Source: Minisyncoccia bacterium (GTDB lineage: Bacteria > Patescibacteriota > Minisyncoccia > Phycocordibacterales > UBA9973). From it: a DNA stretch of 57,797 nt. Below are positions 51,637 through 57,797 of this stretch, one piece after another. How positions within the stretch are numbered: the stretch's first letter is position 1; the number at the start of each line of letters is the position of its first letter. The DNA is taken from assembly GCA_041737125.1 (NCBI GenBank), contig JBGSSJ010000015.1, positions 1 to 57,797 of the forward strand, in the 5' to 3' direction. The position numbers and the translations under genes were made by a program. The notes beneath the pieces are model-generated. The model was not told the origin of the DNA. It saw nothing but the letters and a program-made list of their open reading frames with translations, and ran no database searches.

Positions 51637-51649
51637 CCATTTCCACAAT

Positions 51650-52339
51650 CTAAAGGTTTTCAAATTCTTTTATTGTTTCTCTGATGTCTAGTGAGTGAAG
51701 TATAGCTGAGCCCACTACGAGCCTAGTGGCGCCTGCTTTGACTAGAAGTGGTGCAGTATTCTCGTTTACACTTCCGTCTATGCTTATTATAAGCTCAGGA
51801 TAACGCTTATGCAATTCCTCTACTTGCGTAAGTACACGGGGATCAAATGGCTCATCTTGTGCACCTATATGCTCTACCCCCATACACTGCACAAAGTCTA
51901 TGTAAGATATAAAAGGAGCAAGCGCGCCTAGATCAGTCGTCGTGTTTATAGCTAGACCTATGTCTATATTCTCGCGCGTATACATATCGAGCCCTTCAAG
52001 GAACTCTTTGAATTTTGATTTATCCTGCTCTGCCTCTAAATGGAAAACTATTCTTTTGGCTCCAAGCCTAGTAAAGAATTCAAATTGCATGTGGGCGTTG
52101 ACAACCATAAGGTCGAATTCGAAATCCACAGAATCCCAGAATGGCAAACCTTCTTCCTCGTTTAATATTCCTTGTACACTTTCCCTATCGCTCATCTGCA
52201 TAGGCCAAGTCGGATGAGGTGTAAACTTGCCGTCGCATATATCTATTTGCACCATGGACACCAAGTTTGCCACACGAGCAAGCTGTCCGCGGAAGTCTTC
52301 ATAATTATCTTCTAATATTGCTGGTATTACTTCAGTCAT
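51650..52339 (-). CDS. rpe: Ribulose-phosphate 3-epimerase
   Basis: IPAIL, QIDICDGKF, DLMV, SIDG.V, VVGSAI. Confidence 0.87.
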   Translation of the reverse strand: MTEVIPAILEDNYEDFRGQLARVANLVSMVQIDICDGKFTPHPTWPMQMSDRESVQGILNEEEGLPFWDSVDFEFDLMVVNAHMQFEFFTRLGAKRIVFHLEAEQDKSKFKEFLEGLDMYTRENIDIGLAINTTTDLGALAPFISYIDFVQCMGVEHIGAQDEPFDPRVLTQVEELHKRYPELIISIDGSVNENTAPLLVKAGATRLVVGSAILHSLDIRETIKEFENL

Positions 52340-52818
52340 ATTTTTTGTATGCGACGGACATTCCTCTCTTCATTTAAGAAAGAAGTCTCTATGAATAATC
52401 GAACTGCATTCCTTGCTTCGTCTTCTGTTATGAATCTTGCTCCAAGGGAAAGTATATTTGCATCATTATGGATTCTTCCGAGCTTTAATATTTCGTAGAT
52501 ATTTGAAGATAAAGTACCACTTACATCTATAGCACTTTTTGGTGTTACTCCACCATAGAATACTATTGCGCGGGCACCCGCGACTTTATTCGCACAAATA
52601 GCCTCACCTTGGCCAGAACCACCAAGGACTATACCCATAGATCCGGTGTTACCTATTGTCGCTTCTGCAACTGGTCGTATATAGTCTGGATAGTCATCAT
52701 CAGACTCATACTCAAATGCACCCATGTCTTCTACTTCATGTCCTAGCTCTATTAGATAAGGCTTAAGCTTTTCTTTTAATTCATACCCTGCATGATCTGT
52801 ACCGATGTATATTTTCAT
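52336..52818 (-). CDS. rpiB: Ribose-5-phosphate isomerase B
   Basis: GTDHAG, DDYPD, GGSGQG, HNDANILSLGAR. Confidence 0.92.
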   Translation of the reverse strand: MKIYIGTDHAGYELKEKLKPYLIELGHEVEDMGAFEYESDDDYPDYIRPVAEATIGNTGSMGIVLGGSGQGEAICANKVAGARAIVFYGGVTPKSAIDVSGTLSSNIYEILKLGRIHNDANILSLGARFITEDEARNAVRLFIETSFLNEERNVRRIQKI

Positions 52819-52862
52819 AAGATTATTATAACATTTTTATAAAACATAATATAATGTGGATT

Positions 52863-53654
52863 ATGATTAACTTCTACAAATACCATGGTGCAGGGAATGA
52901 CTTTATTATGATAGATAATAGAGATAAGTCTTTTGATGTATATAACGAAGAACTTATAAGAGAAATGTGCCACCGTAGGTTTGGCATAGGCGCAGATGGA
53001 ATAATACTTTTAGAAGAAAGCTCTGATTATGATTTTTCAATGGTGTATATAAATAGCGATGGAAGCATAGGTTCAATGTGTGGTAACGGAGGTAGGTGTA
53101 TAGTGCACTTTGCCCACTATATATTGAAAATAGTAAAAGACCCTAGTAGTGTGCAGTTCATGGCAGTCGATGGATTACATGAGGGGGTAATAGATGGAGA
53201 TATAGTAAAGATAAAAATGATAGATGTGGATGAGATAACAGAAAGGAATGAACATACATTTCTGTGCTCTGGTACTACCGCCCACAATGTGGTCTTCGTA
53301 GAAGATCTAGTGAACTTTCCTGTCCTTGCTAAAGGTAGAAAAATGCAAGAAATAGAAATAGATAAAAAGGGTGTGAATGTAAACTTTGTGGAAGAACGTG
53401 ATGGTATATACCATGTCCGTACATATGAGCGTGGGGTCTGGGATGAGACAATGGCTTGTGGCACAGGAGCGACATCGGTAGCGATAGCATGCCACTCTCT
53501 AGGTAAGTTAGAATCTAATACTTGTCATATAAGTATGCCTGGCGGTAATCTAACCATAACATTCGATTCTCCTACAGATGGTAGCGACACATACCAAAAC
53601 ATTTGGCTTACAGGGCAAGCCAAATGTGTGTATAAAGGAGAGTGGATTAGCTAA
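52863..53654 (+). CDS. dapF: Diaminopimelate epimerase
   Basis: KYHGAGNDF, RRFGIGADG, MCGNG, RTYERG..ETMACGTG; start set at ATG 52863. Confidence 0.92.
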   Translation: MINFYKYHGAGNDFIMIDNRDKSFDVYNEELIREMCHRRFGIGADGIILLEESSDYDFSMVYINSDGSIGSMCGNGGRCIVHFAHYILKIVKDPSSVQFMAVDGLHEGVIDGDIVKIKMIDVDEITERNEHTFLCSGTTAHNVVFVEDLVNFPVLAKGRKMQEIEIDKKGVNVNFVEERDGIYHVRTYERGVWDETMACGTGATSVAIACHSLGKLESNTCHISMPGGNLTITFDSPTDGSDTYQNIWLTGQAKCVYKGEWIS

Positions 53655-54012
53655 AATAATAGAATATTAAAATATCAGATATTATAATAAATCCAATCAG
53701 GATTAACATTTTTGTAGAAATCTTGGGTTTCTCCTCCCATGTTTGGATGATATCCAAGGGGTGAAAAATTACTTCATCTCCTAATTTTATAACTTTCTTC
53801 ATTTTTTCTCCAAAAGGTTCATTGTCTAACTTACCGCTCCATTCTATACTACTTTGTTGCTTAGTTATGATTACCCACATTCTTTCAACTCCTTCATCTT
53901 TCTCTCTAAACATAATCTTAACAAGATCCCCAACTTTCAATTTAAGTAAAGTCTCCCTACTAGGTAGTTCAAAATTTTTTGCTAATGGAGGTCTGTCAAT
54001 ACTATATTTCAT
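53647..54012 (-). CDS. DUF2314-like protein with C-terminal TM
   Basis: VERMWV, GKLDNEP, LGDEV.F. Confidence 0.7.
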   Translation of the reverse strand: MKYSIDRPPLAKNFELPSRETLLKLKVGDLVKIMFREKDEGVERMWVIITKQQSSIEWSGKLDNEPFGEKMKKVIKLGDEVIFHPLDIIQTWEEKPKISTKMLILIGFIIISDILIFYYFS

Positions 54013-54013
54013 A

Positions 54014-54178
54014 TTATTTAATTACTATACCAACATAATTCCAAAGACTAACACCACCATAACAGCTTGTTCTATTACCACTATCATCAAGACAAGTTGA
54101 ATTAGGTGAAGCTTTTTTAAATAAAGGCAAAAATGAAAGTACTATAAGAATAACAATGATAAGAATTGTCTTTTTCAT
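54014..54178 (-). CDS. 54-aa membrane/secreted microprotein with Cys pair
   Basis: MKKTILIIVILIVLSFLPLF..TC..SC..; fits exactly between the gap stop and the DUF2314 start; not in ORF track. Confidence 0.65.
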   Translation of the reverse strand: MKKTILIIVILIVLSFLPLFKKASPNSTCLDDSGNRTSCYGGVSLWNYVGIVIK

Positions 54179-54179
54179 A

Positions 54180-55208
54180 TTACTTAATTGTTTCCCCTGT
54201 TTTGATCACATGATCAACAAGTGTGTGAGTGTAAGACATTTCGTTGTCATACCAGCCCAAAACTTTCACCAAGTTCCCACCGATGACGCGAGTCATTGCT
54301 AGGTCTGCAATAGATGCATGTGATTCACCGAGGATATCACTTGATACTAGTGGCTCTTCTGTAACTGCAAAAAGTTTACTCCATTTGTCACTTGCTGCGG
54401 CCTTCTTCAAGATATCATTTACTTCCTCTGCAGATGTCGCACGCTTTGCTATAAATGTTATATCCACTATAGATCCTGCGGGCACAGGCACACGTAGAGA
54501 TATACCATCAAACAGTCCTTTTAAGTCTGGGAATGCTTCTGTGACTGCTATAGCAGCACCTGTTGAGCTTGGTACTATGTTCTGAGCTGCTGCTCGGCCT
54601 TCACGAAGGTCCTTCTTGCTTGGGCCATCTACGAGTGACTGACTGGCTGTATATCCATGAGTAGTCGAAAGTACTGCTTTCTCTATACCTATCGCTTCAT
54701 GTAGTATACCGATAAGTGGTGAAGCTGCATTTGTAGTACAAGAAGCATTGGAAGTAATGTCGCAAGTACCGAACTTGTCTTCATTTACACCGAGGAGTAT
54801 TGTCTCACCTGCAACTGATCCATCGCCTTTACTTGGGGCAGAAATCACGACTTTCTTCGCACCGCAATCTAAGTGGAACTTCGCTTTCTCGAATGCAGTA
54901 AATAAGCCCGTACATTCTACAACTACATCAATGTCTAAGTCTTTCCAAGGAAGCTTCGTTGTATCTTTCTCAGATACAAAGTGTACTTCCTTACCATCTA
55001 TCCAAATATTCTTCCCATCATGCTTTACGTCATGATTCCAGTTCCTGTATACAGTATCGTGCTTCAATAGATAAGTAAGACTATCGAGTGAACCTAAGTC
55101 ATTCACTGCGACTATTTCCATATTCTCCTTTTCCCATGCAATTTTCACGAATGCACGACCTATACGCCCGAAACCATTTATTGCAACTCTAATTTTTCTA
55201 TTTGTCAT
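54180..55208 (-). CDS. gap: Glyceraldehyde-3-phosphate dehydrogenase
   Basis: INGFGRIGR, SNASCTTN, WYDNE. Confidence 0.96.
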   Translation of the reverse strand: MTNRKIRVAINGFGRIGRAFVKIAWEKENMEIVAVNDLGSLDSLTYLLKHDTVYRNWNHDVKHDGKNIWIDGKEVHFVSEKDTTKLPWKDLDIDVVVECTGLFTAFEKAKFHLDCGAKKVVISAPSKGDGSVAGETILLGVNEDKFGTCDITSNASCTTNAASPLIGILHEAIGIEKAVLSTTHGYTASQSLVDGPSKKDLREGRAAAQNIVPSSTGAAIAVTEAFPDLKGLFDGISLRVPVPAGSIVDITFIAKRATSAEEVNDILKKAAASDKWSKLFAVTEEPLVSSDILGESHASIADLAMTRVIGGNLVKVLGWYDNEMSYTHTLVDHVIKTGETIK

Positions 55209-55250
55209 TTTAATTTTTTTAAATTTTATTAATATAATTGTAACATAAAT

Positions 55251-57236
55251 CTATATCACGAACTTTTTGTTTATATAACCATTTGTTACAGTTATTGTGC
55301 CTTCTAGTTTATGGTTTAGATATGTACCATCTTCCTTCTTCTCATCTATAACTACATTGTATGTTCCATTTGGAATAATAGCATAGTATCTACCCATTTT
55401 ATCTGACACTTTGTGTGCGATCTCTGTATTGGTTGCAGCTGAGACAAATCTTAAAATAGAGAATGGCATAGGCTTTCCAGTACTGGAGAAAACAGAGCCA
55501 TCCACCTTTAGATTGTGGCTATTCTTCCCGAATATATAAATTACAACATAAAGTATAATTATAAGTATATTAATTTGCGAAGGGTCAATTATCACCATAC
55601 CTAGTGAAAATACAAATCCAGCGTAGAAAAGAATTTTTGATAATATTGATATGAATATATCTAAACGATCAAAGTAATTATATTTAATTCTAGTTTTCTT
55701 CTCTTCTTCGTTCCAGTCAAATGCAAGTTGATCTAAAGGTATATTCTTTTTAATCAGGAAGCGATCTTCTAAGACTTCAATCTTCTCACCGAAATAAAGA
55801 TTATCATACAGTATATCTGAATCACTACCTGCTAATCTCTTTGATGGGAATAAATAATTTGTTTTGCCTGCGTTTATCGTATATATACCAGGCTCTATTA
55901 CGAATCCGTACCTACCGTCCATATCACTAATAGACGAAGCTTTCTCCTCTCCTTTCTCGTCAAGAAGGGTTATATACACTGGGTCAAGTGGACGTTTTGT
56001 ATCACTATCATATACTGTACCCCAAGGCTTCGGACGCTTTTTAATTCCTAGGAATACAAGTAGTGCATGCCAGAAATAATTAAATATGAATTGAGTTGGT
56101 ATTTTCAGTGCAAAAGATACAAAATTCAATATTGGTGGTATCGTGAGAATAGAAGCCGTAGATATACTAGTCATTTGTAATACCTTAGGATCAATTTTAA
56201 GGGTATTGTTATTTATACCTAGAATACTAGTTATATCTTTTTTAATATCTTTTAGAACATCTGTAATAGGATTCTTGTCTCCATCTCCATCTCCATCTGG
56301 ATCATCGGGATTAGGTTTTATAATTTCAGGATCTTCATCTTTATCTGGATCTTCTTCTTCCTCGCCTTCTTCAATTAAAAAACATGAACCATTTTGTGCG
56401 TAGTAGCCATTTGGTACTGATTCTTGATTGTCTACTATGTTATTACATAAATCTTTCGGAGGTATAACGCAATTACCATTTTGGTCGAGCACACGTGGTT
56501 CTGGTATTCCTTGTTGTATGCCAGGCATGTTTGGACAGTAATCAATACTATTCGGCACACAAAAATCATTGTTATTTTTCGTGTATCCAGTTGGAACTTC
56601 AGGTTGAGTTCCAGCTAAATTAGGACATGCATCATAAATTAAAACACAATTACCATTGCTATCTATTGTATAACCAGTTGGTATTGTAGATTGGGTATCT
56701 GGTATATTTTTACAAACATCCTGTTTTTTTATACTTCCTCCTCCACCAGTATCAGGATCAGAATCCTCATGCCTCCATGATGTCTTCACACAGCTAGATG
56801 GATCACCACAATCAAACTTTATCCATCCACCATAAGGACCACCTGACCATGCATATCCAGAAAATTCACCAGTACCTGGGTCAATTGTCACTTCATGACC
56901 TGTAGGAGCGAAATTTATCCATCCTGAAACTTGACTCCATGCCTTGCCGGTAAGTTTACCTGTAGTTACATCAGAGAAAGTCACACCTCCAGTTGTAGGC
57001 TTTAAATCTATCCAACCAAGCTCATTCCCCCATATTTGCCCAGAAAGACCAGTAACACTATCCACTACTACAGTAGTGCCAGTAGGCTTCCAATTAATGC
57101 TTCCTGGTGTCGGACTCGTACATGTCACATCATGACAAACTTTTGCAGTGTGATCTGTATCATCAATAGTACCTGTCGAGGCAAATGTATTTGTTGAAAA
57201 TATTAACAGTATAATTATAATATATAATTTTTTCAT
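55251..57236 (-). CDS. Modular cell-surface membrane protein (W-rich repeat domain, Cys repeats, carboxypeptidase-regulatory-like domains)
   Basis: Signal peptide; GxAW..GWI repeats; 4x DxCxN..Q..P..C; TM segments; DGRYGF and GRYY..IPNGTY domains. Confidence 0.75.
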   Translation of the reverse strand: MKKLYIIIILLIFSTNTFASTGTIDDTDHTAKVCHDVTCTSPTPGSINWKPTGTTVVVDSVTGLSGQIWGNELGWIDLKPTTGGVTFSDVTTGKLTGKAWSQVSGWINFAPTGHEVTIDPGTGEFSGYAWSGGPYGGWIKFDCGDPSSCVKTSWRHEDSDPDTGGGGSIKKQDVCKNIPDTQSTIPTGYTIDSNGNCVLIYDACPNLAGTQPEVPTGYTKNNNDFCVPNSIDYCPNMPGIQQGIPEPRVLDQNGNCVIPPKDLCNNIVDNQESVPNGYYAQNGSCFLIEEGEEEEDPDKDEDPEIIKPNPDDPDGDGDGDKNPITDVLKDIKKDITSILGINNNTLKIDPKVLQMTSISTASILTIPPILNFVSFALKIPTQFIFNYFWHALLVFLGIKKRPKPWGTVYDSDTKRPLDPVYITLLDEKGEEKASSISDMDGRYGFVIEPGIYTINAGKTNYLFPSKRLAGSDSDILYDNLYFGEKIEVLEDRFLIKKNIPLDQLAFDWNEEEKKTRIKYNYFDRLDIFISILSKILFYAGFVFSLGMVIIDPSQINILIIILYVVIYIFGKNSHNLKVDGSVFSSTGKPMPFSILRFVSAATNTEIAHKVSDKMGRYYAIIPNGTYNVVIDEKKEDGTYLNHKLEGTITVTNGYINKKFVI

Positions 57237-57241
57237 TAAAT

Positions 57242-57797
57242 TTAATTCTCTACACTAGTTACTTCCTCGACTATATTATCTGCGCTAATCTCTCCTGTGA
57301 CTTCTTCGCTTGTTTCTTCATGTGCTGGACTCGATTCTTCTAGTTGTATTGGGTTAGGTTCTGTGTCTTCTATTATTGGTTCTATTATATCAGATGGTGG
57401 CACATTATCTTCTTCGTTGGTTGTAGCTTCCTCTATCTTTGGATCTTCGTTTACAGGAGGTGTATCATTCGCTGGTTGAGTTGGTTGCACAAGTAGACTT
57501 TTAAGTTGTTGCAATTCCTGCTTATTTATACACTCTTGACTTCCATCAGCATCAACCAAGCAAAGGTTACCTGTAAATATACTACCTATCCTATTCCCCG
57601 CATTCGATAACCAATTACGTAGATTATTCATAAAGTAACTATCTTCTTCCCCTTCCTCAAACCCCTCTATCCCCTGTATCTTAATATCCATCTCTTGTAT
57701 AGCTTTAACTGTATAAGGTATGAGGTTTGTATAAGCAAGAGATTTGAGTCCTGTAGTAGAGTCAGTGAATACTAGATTTGGGAATATCTGTTCTACT
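57242..57797 (-). CDS. 3' end of a protein with peptidase S74/tail-fibre intramolecular chaperone domain (partial; runs off window)
   Basis: Frame open beyond 57691: VEQIFPNLV..LKSLAYTNLIPYTVKAIQEM; acidic Pro/Glu tail. Confidence 0.75.
   Translation of the reverse strand, partial: VEQIFPNLVFTDSTTGLKSLAYTNLIPYTVKAIQEMDIKIQGIEGFEEGEEDSYFMNNLRNWLSNAGNRIGSIFTGNLCLVDADGSQECINKQELQQLKSLLVQPTQPANDTPPVNEDPKIEEATTNEEDNVPPSDIIEPIIEDTEPNPIQLEESSPAHEETSEEVTGEISADNIVEEVTSVEN

Overview
AT-rich, densely coding chromosomal segment (genetic code 11). The gene set and style point to a Patescibacteria/CPR bacterium, probably Parcubacteria/Nomurabacteria-like (inference, not a database result). It holds a full F1Fo ATP synthase operon with one inserted membrane ORF, tRNA-Ile(GAT), rplI/rpmA/rpmE/rplY/prfA, a glycerate kinase-eno-pyk-hydroxyacid dehydrogenase operon, a gap/rpiB/rpe/split tkt/pfkB/fba cluster, a guaB-purA-guaA cluster, a lexA-PIF1 helicase locus, an ArsR-glutaredoxin-rhodanese operon, cell-surface proteins and several orphans. 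No CRISPR array, rRNA, transposase or integrase was seen. Most notable: (1) many housekeeping genes look leaderless, whereas stand-alone orphan cassettes have A-rich leaders sharing AAACCAA, and several genes look Bacteroidota-derived; (2) a family of multi-hairpin non-coding elements and inverted-repeat pairs that bracket promoters or start codons; (3) a pyruvate kinase reduced to its catalytic barrel; (4) a GAAC-N4-GTTC SOS box in the lexA promoter; (5) three unannotated micro-ORFs.
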